This document shows positions 1-10,001 of a DNA stretch of 36,941 nt, in pieces. Below the pieces are notes generated by a model. It saw only the letters and a program-made list of their open reading frames with translations. It searched no databases and was not told the DNA's origin. How positions within the stretch are numbered: the first letter of the stretch is position 1; every line of letters starts with the position of its first letter. Location of the stretch: positions 371,756-408,696 of the forward strand of contig WELB01000002.1 of assembly GCA_009602725.1 (NCBI GenBank), in the 5' to 3' direction. The position numbers were made by a program, and so were the translations under genes. This DNA is from Spirogloea muscicola. Its lineage: Eukaryota.

Positions 1-323
1 TTCGGATGAGGCTGGCGGTCTCGCTGCAGCGCTCTTTGGCTCATGCGGTCCACGCGCGGGCTGGCCGTGCTATGGCTGCTGCTTCCGGGTCTCGGCAAAG
101 TGCCGCTTCTCCTGCTCCGAGTTACTCTGATCTGCTGTTGCTCACACGTGGATACTGAGCAGCCATCTGCATCTCCCTCTGCACCGTCTTGCACTTTGTA
201 GTGTAGTCCTTTTTCAGCACCTCTTTCTTTGGCTTTGAACATTGTCCATTCTTTTTGGGCTGGCTTTGCCAGCCCCTCTTCTCAATGGGCGAGCACCTTC
301 TTCTCAATGGGCGAGCACTTTCT
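1..323 (+). mobile_element. 3' end of a CRE-like non-LTR retrotransposon (ORF C-terminus, 3'UTR, hairpin and tandem tail), continuing upstream of the window
   Basis: 1-158 reads RMRLAVSLQRSLAHAVHARAGRAMAAASG...SDLLLLTRGY*, homologous to the C-terminus of the RT/endonuclease ORF at 23923-25691. It is followed by the GGGCTGGCTTTGCCAGCCC hairpin and a duplicated TTCTCAATGGGCGAGCAC tail. Confidence 0.8.
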
Positions 324-370
324 TCTGTAGCTGCTAAACGCTTGTCGCCCCTCCGAACCCTTGTCAATTC

Positions 371-428
371 TTTTTGGGCTGGCTTATCACAGCCCTTGCC
401 CCCATTTGGAGTGCCACTTCTCTCTTTT
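371..428 (+). repeat. Short retroelement-type 3' tail (family 2) upstream of gene A
   Basis: TTTTTGGGCTGGCTTATCACAGCCCTTGCCCCCATTTGGAGTGCCACTTCTCT; also at ~14575, ~36080, partially at 14264, and inverted at ~35235-35268. Confidence 0.65.
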
Positions 429-615
429 TCCTCGCCGACTCTTCGTCGCCTTGTCTTGACTTTTCTCGGAAAACGCAGACCACGCTCGCCCGCCACCCAA
501 TCCTCGCCGCCGCCTGGAGGGGGCAATCGCGGCCCGCCGTGGCGAGGCTCCGGAAGCGCCCCTGCCCAGCTGCCGGCTGCTGGCAGCACGGCCTGCGTAG
601 CCGCGATTGTCGAGC

Positions 616-3600
616 ATGGCAGCCATGGCAGCCGCCGCCCCACTGCTTGTCGCTATCGCTCTGCTAAGTTGTGTCGGCTTCACGGCCGGGGACCTCGCGT
701 GAGCAGTCCTCCCTCTTACCCTCCTACCCTCTTACCGTCTGTATGCACCTGGCTGGCTTCTACAGCCGCTCTTGATAAGCAGCCGCATTCTTCTCACCCC
801 CGGACCACCATGGCATTGCAAGTCCTGAACTGCGAGCACCTTGCGCGTGCGTATCCTCTCTGTATCTGCCGCATCTGCCGCCGGGTCTTCTGCGGCGGAA
901 TGCATTCTGTCGGCATGCCTGGGGGTGTGTGGCCACCATACACCCCTGTGCGCTGACTGCCATCGTTACTTCGTTGCGCAGCTCCGACAAGGCCTGGCTG
1001 CTGGCCTTCAAGGCCCGTATAACCAGTGACCCATCTGGCGCGCTTGCCAATTGGCGCCCAACCCACCACACACCGTGCGGCTGGTATGGCGTTGTGTGCC
1101 AAGCCACGGCACGTGGCGGCCCCAGGCAAGGGCTTTGACCATCGCCCATCAAATGCACGAGCTGGCCTTACGACGTGTCAAGCGATCGGCACAAGCTTGG
1201 CCATGGCGGCAGCCGCTATTGAGGTCGTGGCCATGCAAGGGCCGCAGCCTTGGCGGCCTCTGGCCGGGACCGACCGCAGTGGCTGCCTGCGGTTGCTCGG
1301 CAAAGAGCTTGTGGAAACAGCAGCGTCGTTGCAAGCTCACGGGAGGCTCTGCTTGGGGTCAAGACTTCAGTAAGCTCAGCTTCCTGCACAGCTGGCCAAT
1401 GATGTCTACGTGCAGGCAAGTGATTGGCCTCAATATATCTTATGTGCTGCTGGAAGGCACGCTGGCACCGGAGCTCGGCAACATTGACAGCCTGCATTAC
1501 ATATTCTTAAATAACAATCTGCTCACGGGCCCCATCCCAGCGGCGCTGGGCAGCCTCCCTCATCTTCGAGTCCTTTTCCTCGCTAACAACAGGTTAGCGC
1601 ACATAAACTTGCTCGACTCGCATCTCAGTCTATTTTCAAAAAGTGAGTCTCCATCCTTTCTCGATCTCACCTCTCCTGGGGGCCCTCCGTCCACAGAGAT
1701 GTTGCCTGGCTGATTGATAGCATAGCCTCCTTGAGGCAAGGCCGTGATGACTGTGGTCCGCCATTCAGCCGACAAGGCGGCACCGCTTCGTCACAGATTT
1801 GCAACTTCAAGAACCATCTACTGGGTTAGGCTCTCAGTCTCCTTGTACTTCGGCAGGCTGTCAGGTTCCCTGCCAGAGGAGCTTGGAAACCTCACCGCCA
1901 TCCTGGGCCTCTTCCTCCACAATAACACGTACTGGACACACACCAACTTCGCATGCCGGAGACACCGCATACTGTTCGCTACTTGACAATGACAGCCAGT
2001 GTGCTCTGTTTATCAATTGCCAACCTTTTGAGCAAGCTCGACAAGCTTCTGAAGCCTCGGTTGAGTCCGCCAGCGCTATGAAGTCAAGCTGCTACGGAGC
2101 TTCCTCAACTGTCGAGGTTCTTGCAGCCTGGTCCAATGGCCTTGATGCTTGTCTTGACATTCTAGGGAGCGACCTCAATGCCACCTGTCGTTGTGCAGAT
2201 TGACAGGAGCCATACCTCTCGGTCTTGCTGGGCTTCCGCTCCTGGAGGATCTGTACTTGACACAAAACAGGTCCCCGAGAACTCTGTTCTCAAGTTAAAA
2301 AAAGGTTGTGGATGTCGTGATGGGCACGCTGCCCTCTGCTCATGCTGCTTCCACTCATGAGTTTGGTTTCTGACAAGGCCAAATGTGCAGGCTCACTGGA
2401 CAAGTGCCGGGTGAATTTGGAGAGTCGCTGAGCCTCCAAAATTTACTCTTGGACTCCAATAGGTGGGCTGCCAGGATCATTGGTTGTCGGAAAACTTGGT
2501 GGTTTCATAGGCTGAATGATGCAAGTCTGCTTCTCTGTCTCGTCTCCAATTCAGTGATACCGCCGCCGCGTTCAGTGCAGTGTCAATCTGATGACACAAG
2601 GCAGCTAGAGAAACCAGCTGGCTGGTCGCTCATAAGAAGTTGCTGCTCTTGATATCAGGCTCACAGGACAGATTCCTTCTCAACTTGGTCAGAACCAGGT
2701 CCTCCAGTATCTGTCACTCGCAGACAATCAGTAAGTATGATTCTCTACGGAATAAACATCCTGAGGTTGCCCTCATGATTGGGGCCTCTATAAGCCGCCA
2801 GACATCTTTCTTGTGAATAGCCGACAAACATGATGTGTTACGTTGGTGCTGTCATCTCTTATCTTTCTTAATGACATCAACAGACTTACAGGAAGCATCC
2901 CTGCGACGATTGGGAACTGCACAACGCTATCATACTTTGATGCATCCAACAACAAGTCAGCCCTCACATTGCTCTGAGCAGTATACGAGACTTTGTGGCG
3001 TGCTCGACATAGCACGTATCAAAATTCAAGGCAATGCATTCGTGGACCAGATGGCACGTATGCCAATGCCCTGTAGTTGTCTTGCATTCAGATTGACGGG
3101 AGTCATACCTTCAAGCATTGGCAACCTTCGGATGTTGAGTACGTTGCATTTGAGGAGCAATAAGTAAGTATGAGCGCGACACTCATAGTTGGATGTTGCC
3201 GTGCGTAGCGCATCAAGGCATCATCATCACTTTCATGGCCGTTCATTCATGGACCGAGTGGCACGTATGCCAATGTCCTGCACTTGTCTTGCTTTCAGAT
3301 TGACGGGAGTCGTTCCTTCAAGCATCGGCAATCTTCGAATGTTGAGTTCTCTAAACTTGGGGTACAACAAGTAAGTACGAGCACGAAACTCCTAGCAGAA
3401 TTTTGCCATGCGTAGCGCATCAAGGCAACATTGCAAGGAGTGTCCTTGAGACACAGGAGCTTGACAACATCAAGTCGTTGCGAGTGTGTCTGATTGATGA
3501 GGTGGTCATCAGTCATGAAGCTACGGAGAAGGTGGATAGCGATTGAAGCTCTTTGTTGCGATGCAGCCTTACTGGTCCCTTACCATTGGAGCTGGGAAAC

Positions 3601-6600
3601 TGCGCCAGTCTCAGCAGTCTCTATGCAAATGACAACCAGTAGGCTCCAATATGCCTTTAGCCCAAGTTTCAGGCATGTAGGCCTGCTCTGCTGTCCCTAC
3701 AGGTCATCTCGTGCAACAAGCTCCCAATGCATGAGGCAGTTGACTGCTATTTGTGCATATAAGAGCCAGAGTGCTGGCCACATTGCATTCGCTGCTCTCA
3801 GAGAGTTGCATTGCATTGTTGCGATGAAGTTGATGCGACTCTGCTGTTTGCAGATTAAGCGGGGAGTTCCCCGCTTCACTGGCAAACCTGTCCCTTCTAC
3901 AGGTCCTTTTTATTTCGAATAATAGGTAAGTGACCACACACAAACGTGGCAAGCCATCTACTGATGTCCGCCTGCAACAACACAGAGAAGTCAAAGTCTA
4001 AGCCAAGAAAATATTAACAATCCCTGATGTCATCTCTCCTTGCTGCCATCATACAGTATATCTGGAAGCCTGCCTGCCGAGCTTGGGATGAGTGGAACTC
4101 TCACTAACCTTATTCTCAACGACAACAAGTACTCTCAATACTGCACTCCTCTTCAAACTAGTGTGACGGTGTGGCTGGCCACAGCAATATGTCTAATATT
4201 TTTATCAAGACTGCTCCCGTGCATATTGAGGTCTGCTTGATGCATGGATGCAAATTTGAGTAACATGATATGACGCATACCTGAACAGGCTGACAGGCTC
4301 CCTGCCACCAGCAATTGGCAGTTGCCAAAATTTGACAGACCTTGAGCTTGACAACAACAAGTGCGCGGTCCTGCTGCCTTTGCTCTTCTACTTATTATCA
4401 CATAAGCTGCACATCAAGCTCAACCCTAAAAAATGTTGCAGCTTGTGCGATCTCGAGAAACTAAGCTGTGTAGTTCTGCTTGATCAACAGCATCACTGGT
4501 CCGATTCCGCCTGGATATGGCAACCTTACCAGCATGAAGTCCTTCCTGGCAAACAATAACAGGTATGCTGATTGACAGAGTACAAGAAATATGCAGTCGA
4601 GATTCAGGAGACTAAGCCTGTGTTACAGTAGCATGTGGATGTGAAGCCACATACCAAGGAGTGACAGGACCTCCAAGCAGATCGTGATAACAGCCATGCG
4701 TCTGTATGGTTTCTTGCGCAGCTTAACAGGTAGCCTCCCTCCCGAGCTCAGCCACTGTAAGTCACTTGAAGAGCTTGACCTTCAGAGCAACAGGTACTCT
4801 TCATCTATCCCAATAAATTGTTATTTGTGAAAACCCTTTTTCTAATTCATCTCCAGACCAGCTGTCAGTGTCCTTCTTATTTGGCATGTGACTGCCTCGT
4901 GTGTGCAATGTGAAGTAATCTGGTACCTGTCGTTCACTGCTTAAGCCTGCAATAGTAGAAGTCTGTCATGAACGGTGGGGCTCTGCTCAAGTGTTGTGTT
5001 GATAAACAATTTTGTGCTTTTGGCAAGAAAGTAATAAGACTCATTTTCTGACTCTGCAGTAGTAGAACTCTGTCACAAGTAGTTTGGCTCTGCCAAAGTA
5101 CTGCACTGTATACTCTGCTGTTCGTGCTTGTGGGACCTGTGATAATGATGCTCACAGTCTCTCCATATCCTTTTCACAGTCTCAGTGGGCCCATCCCTTC
5201 ATCGTATGGCAACTTGGCTAACTTGGCTCATCTCTTCTTGAACTCAAACAAGTGGGCATTACTCCTTCGTTGTTGGCTAACATAATGGCATTGATGACTT
5301 TGAGCCATAAAGTGACTATTTCCATGCTGCCTCCCATAAGTGAGGTCACAGAATTGCCAGAGTAATCTGCCATAGCAATGTTTGAGAGCTCTTTCTCCTG
5401 TTCCGATCACAGATTATCGGGCAACATACCTAAGCAGCTAAGCAAGTGCAAAAAGCTCAGTCACCTTCAACTGACCTCCAACCTGTAAGGGCTTGGCCAT
5501 GTCGATTGCTTGACTTATTATGCAATGCTTAAATTTCTCAAGTCAAGGCATGTGTATGTGGCTCTGAGTATGTCTGCTCTCAGTGCAGCCTTTCAAGATC
5601 TTATTTGTCCACATTATCTCCAATCGCTCATGAGGTGGCACTCTGCATGTTGGATATGGCAGGCTTGTTGGAGGAGTACCGCAAGGATTTGGGGAGCTGC
5701 CTCTCATCAGTTTCTTGGCAAGCAATAACAGGTGATATAATCAAAAGGTCTGATATTTTTGCAGGAAAATACAGCATGTGACTGTAAGTAGTCTCGCTTA
5801 GTGATCGCTTTGTGATCGCTTAGAATTTCTCACGCCTGCATGTCATGTGTCACCTCTTGTGCTGATTCAGCCTTTGCTGTATAAGAGGTCGACCTTGCAG
5901 GTATTAATTCAGCCCAATTAACCCAGCCTGTCAAGTGCTCGTTCGGTGTCAGCTTGGAGGGTGGAGTGCCACCAGAGCTTGCTGATTGCAGCGGAATGGT
6001 CAACCTGGACCTGAGCAACAACAGGTGCTGAGCTAGGAGTGCGTCCTCAGTGGAGCCATTGCTTGCCTGACTTACCATGTCAGCAGATACATGATTTGCA
6101 GAAGAGTCACAGCTGGCATTGTCACTTGGCGGCTCACTCGCACTTACTGGCAGGTTAAGTGGCCACCTGCCGCCTCAGTTGGGGAGACTTGTGCTGCTCA
6201 ACGGGCTAGGGGTTTCTGGCAACAACTTCTCTGGATCGATCCCGGCATCCTTCTCCAACCTGGGGAACTTGCAAACGCTGCTGATGGACAATAACAATTT
6301 CTCTGGCCCATTCCCACAGTGGCTTGGCAACCTAAGCAGTGCTTTGAACATTTACCTAGATCACAACAGCTTGACCGGAGGAGTACCCGCGAGCATTCGA
6401 AGTCTGCAAAGCGTTCAATATCTTGACATCTCCAACAACCGCCTGACTGGCAGTCTCCCCCCGGAAATTGGAGAGTTAAGCAAGCTCATTGGATTTTGGG
6501 CTGAAAGCAACTCATTCAGCGGGCCCATACCGGAGCGTATTGGCCACTTGCCGAGTCTTACCTATCTCGATCTTTCCAACAATAATCTCAACGGCAGCAT

Positions 6601-8234
6601 CCCCGCGTCCTTTGCTAATCTGAGTCTTACTGACTTCTTTAACATCTCAAATAACAACCTCAGTGGGCCCATTCCTGGAGGTACTATTGGTCACTACAAC
6701 AGCAGCTCCTTCTCTGGCAATGCAGCCTTGTGTGGCGGCCCTTATGTGGCCTGCAAGACAGCTCCACCACCTCCAGAGCACAAATCGTCGAGCTTATCAG
6801 GGAGCGCAATTGCGGGCATTGTTGTTGGGGCTGTTGTCCTCCTTCTCCTCCTGTTGCTGGGACTTCTCCGGCTGTGTTGCTTAGGTCGGAAGAAGGAAAA
6901 ACCTGTGACAGAGAAGGAGCGGAGCATTGAGAGCTTCTGCTCCGAGATGTCCATCACGAAGGACAGACTCCAAGGTCCCTTCACCTACGAGGAGCTCATG
7001 GACGCAACTGAGGACTTCAACAACAAGCACATTGTTGGATCGGGCGGCTTTGGGAAAGTCTATGTGTACGTACATTGCCCTGGTTGCAAGCATTGTAAGC
7101 GGTGTGTTGCTCTTGGTGCTTGTTGTCTCGGTCAACTGCTTATCCTATGGCTCTTCCTTATCTTATGGCAAACTTTCATAACGATGCAAATTGCTGAGCA
7201 GTGCGCAGATGAAGGACGGGCAAAAGTATGCAGTGAAGAAGCTAGCGCCAGACAGCAAGCAAGGTCTGAGAGAGGTGCAAGCTGAGGTGGAGATACTAAG
7301 TGCCATTCATCACCGCAATCTGGTCCCGCTACGGGGCTGGTACATCCCTAAGGACAGCGACATGGACCTGCTTCTCATCTATCCATTCTTGCCTGGCGGG
7401 AATCTTGAACAACTGGTGCACGGGGGAAATGGCGTGCCTTCCAAGCCAGAAGGGTTTAATCACTGGGCTGCACGGAAGAAGGTCATGTTGGGTGCAGCGG
7501 TTGGGCTTAACTACCTGCATCACGAGTGCGAACCTCGGGTGCTGCATAGGGACGTCAAGCCGAGCAACACCTTGTTGGATGAACATGGTCAAGGATACAT
7601 GGCGGATTTTGGGCTTGCACGAACCTTTCAGGCACATGACACGCACGTGTCAACCATGGCCGCAGGTAAGTCCCGATGCCCTCCAATGCCCGTTGAGCTG
7701 CATCGTAGGCCTTTCTGGCGTCGTGCAAGAAGGATATGTGAATACTTGCTGGTAGAGGCACCTCAGACTGCCTGGCAATGATTATGGGTCATCTCTCCTG
7801 CAACTCATGACGCGTCACGATGATGAACATTGACAGGCACAGTTGGGTATATGGGTCCAGACTACGCCCTAGGCCAACTGACAACATACAGCGATGTATT
7901 CAGTTTTGGAGTGATGCTTCTCGAGACTGTCACTGGTAAACGGCCTATTGACCCTTTCTTTCAGACCGAAGTTGCAACTGGTGGCAACTTGATCTCGTGG
8001 GTGCGATCCTGCCTTCGCCACGAGCAGCCTTTGGAGTGCGTTGATATGGCGCTAGCTCCATTCGTCCCCCAGAAAGTGGACGAATTCCGGGGCGCCTTGA
8101 GATTGGGGCTAATTTGCTGCTCTGATATCCCAAAAGAAAGGCCAACAATGATTGACGTGGTTGAGATGCTCCAGAATCTCGGAGCCTTTGGTGCTGGCTT
8201 GACGTTTCCTAAATCATTCGTTGCCAGCGAGTGA
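616..8234 (+). CDS. LRR receptor-like Ser/Thr kinase, copy A: signal peptide, LRRNT, about 26 LRRs, TM, RD kinase; about 1132 aa, apparently intact
   Basis: Exons 616-698 (MAAMAAAAPLLVAIALLSCVGFTAGDLA), 982-1125 (SDKAWLLAFK...CGWYGVVC), 1416-1592, 1857-1928, 2199-2270, 2391-2462, 2659-2730, 2884-2955, 3092-3163, 3299-3370, 3567-3638, 3854-3925, 4057-4128, 4289-4360, 4491-4562, 4722-4793, 5180-5251, 5413-5484, 5663-5731, 5953-6024, 6154-7065, 7202-7665, 7837-8234. They sum to 3399 nt in one frame; all introns are GT-AG except intron 2 (GC-AG). Motifs: [48 protein letters not shown]. Confidence 0.9.
3037..3431 (+). repeat. Tandem duplication of one LRR exon with flanking intron (period 207 bp) in gene A
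   Basis: Exons 3092-3163 and 3299-3370 share acceptor-side and donor-side intron sequence; gene B has only one copy (17886-17957). Confidence 0.85.
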
Positions 8235-9441
8235 TTCAGCTTTCAGATCTACTCACTTCGTGCACATCCCTCTCTTGGCTGGCATCATACAAATGCCCTA
8301 CATGGGACTCGTGGAGGTCGAGCCTCGATGCTGCAAAGACACTTTCTATATTACGACAGGCCTATCATGGTGCAATGCCCGTCACTCCCTTTGCCCGTCT
8401 GACCATGGTATTGGGTATGCAGCACGATTGAAAGGGTGATAATGCGAGGAAAGGAAGAGGCAGCGGAGTGTCAGAGGTATTGGCGAGCTTCATCCGGGAG
8501 AAAGGCGACAGAGAAGGAAGGAAATGGGCGAGAGGGAGCAGGAGTAGGAGAAGGTGAGGGTGTGACCGAAGAGAGGAAGTTGAGAGGTGGCCAACCTCTA
8601 AGGCTGGGCAGCGTCCCATCAGCGTCCCAGTAGCATTGTGGTCAGTGGAATGCAATGGAGCTTTGCCCGTCCTGTAGTGGTGCCAAACAGGTGTAATGTA
8701 AAAACTTATCAAGTATGGTCGTCACAGTGGTGAAATGGAAATGATGGCAAGTAAAGTGACTGCTTGTGAATGCTCATTGGTGTAGAGAACGAATGAGGCA
8801 AGAGCAAGCTGACAGAGGAGATATGAGGAGAGGAGATATGGTTCAATCTCAAGAAAAGAAGTGAGCTCTTGGGAAATCCAAAGGGGAACCAGCACGGAAA
8901 ATATTGACAAGGTCCGAAGTAGCTGCAAATCTGCTGAAGCACATAACTAAGTCAGCATGTGAAAAGCCAGCCCGAAATGAATTGACAAGGCCCCAAGGGG
9001 CCGAATATTGCTGAAACACACTACTAAGCACGTACCATGCAGGATAGTCACTTATGGAATTCTACTCAGCAGCCGCAAGTCAGAAAAAGTAGCCGCCGGA
9101 AGCAGTCCCTTGACGAAAGCGAGTGGCTGCAGCTGGTGTAAGAAAGCAGCGCCCGCCATGGCCTTGACGGCGGCGGCGGCGGCAGCGGCGGCGGCGACTG
9201 GGGAGCGACCGGACTCGGAGGGATCCGAAGGTGTTGAGAAGAGCAGAGGGCTGCCTGCCCTCCAGTGTCTTATGACCCCGGCCCGACCCGCAGGGAAGTC
9301 GCGGGGAGGCTGAGCTGGTCGGCCAGCCCGGCAGATAAGCCGCTGACCTGGCAACCAGCGTGTGGGGCCCATGCCATCCACCCACTCCCAGGTCAGAAAC
9401 CGTAGAACTCGTCTACCGCTGTCCGTGGTGAGCATTCCAAG

Positions 9442-9643
9442 AAAGGGCTCGCCCATTGAGGATAGGGGCTGGACAAGCCAGCCCAAAAAAGAATGAACAA
9501 AGAACGAGAAGGGGGCCAGAGGAAGCCAGAGGAAGCGCTAAGAAACCAAAGCAGACAAAGATAGAAAGCAGCTACAAATCACTCAGTAACCCCTGCTAAG
9601 CAGCCGCAAATCAGAGAGGCTAGGGTCCTGGAAGTGGGTCCCC
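9442..9643 (-). mobile_element. 5'-truncated CRE-like insertion (about 202 bp) with TCCAAG target-site duplication
   Basis: Absent at the paralogous site (~25887). TCCAAG at 9436-9441 and 9644-9649. Carries SDLRLLSRGY*-like C-terminus and the 3' hairpin/tail. Confidence 0.8.
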
Positions 9644-9721
9644 TCCAAGGCGCTACCGCGCAGCTCCACACAAAACAGCTAGACCCAGACCATATGCAGC
9701 TGGCAGTCAAGAGTTTACCAA

Positions 9722-10001
9722 GGACGCTCTTTCCAACAGCTGGAGCACGGCCAGCACGCAGGTGCAAGGCGTGGACCATGGACGGCTGGAGGGATACGGA
9801 CAGGCGCATACGAAGTACCTGCGCTAGCGAATCCAGAGAGCCGCTGGGGCGCGCATGCTGCCTCGCTGACTGGAAATCTGCTGTGGGGTTTGAGAAGCTG
9901 TCGGCGATCGCGGGCGGAGGTGTGGGCGAGGCGAGGGCTGCCGCAGGCCAGGACGATGGTCAGAGCCGGGGCAGTGGGGCCTGTCGAGGCGCCCCCGCAG
10001 G
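9722..10001 (-). mobile_element. Older decayed CRE-like fragment (paralog at 26341-26620)
   Basis: Minus strand reads SLAQVLRMRLSVSLQPSMVHALHLRAGRA, matching the C-terminal motif of the other copies. Confidence 0.6.

Larger units (their letters stand above)
324..10001 (+). repeat. Tandem segmental duplication, copy 1 (gene A plus flanks)
   Basis: Colinear with 14527-26620, from TCTGTAGCTGCTAAACGCTTGTCG to GCCCCCGCAGG, including introns and the 3' flank. Confidence 0.92.

Noticed and set aside
255..956. Long GC-rich ORFs around the gene starts (also 14565-15344, 31471-32448, 32121-32963)
   Set aside because: They span TE tails, UTR and introns; spliced models with a signal peptide explain the region.
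1857..6024. Regularly spaced similar units as a CRISPR-like array
   Set aside because: They are coding LRR exons with splice sites in a eukaryotic gene.
7066..7201. Cys-rich hydrophobic extension (CPGCKHCKRC...) in ORF 6119-7285 as a second TM or zinc domain
   Set aside because: It is intron read-through; GT-AG splicing restores GKVYVAQMKDG of the kinase.
616..8234. Naming the gene ERECTA, FEI or EMS1
   Set aside because: The resemblance is only partial; orthology needs a phylogeny.
9241..10001. An independent SINE-like element present twice (also 25697-26620)
   Set aside because: Both copies are explained by the segmental duplication once the later insertions are removed; no own TSD is visible.
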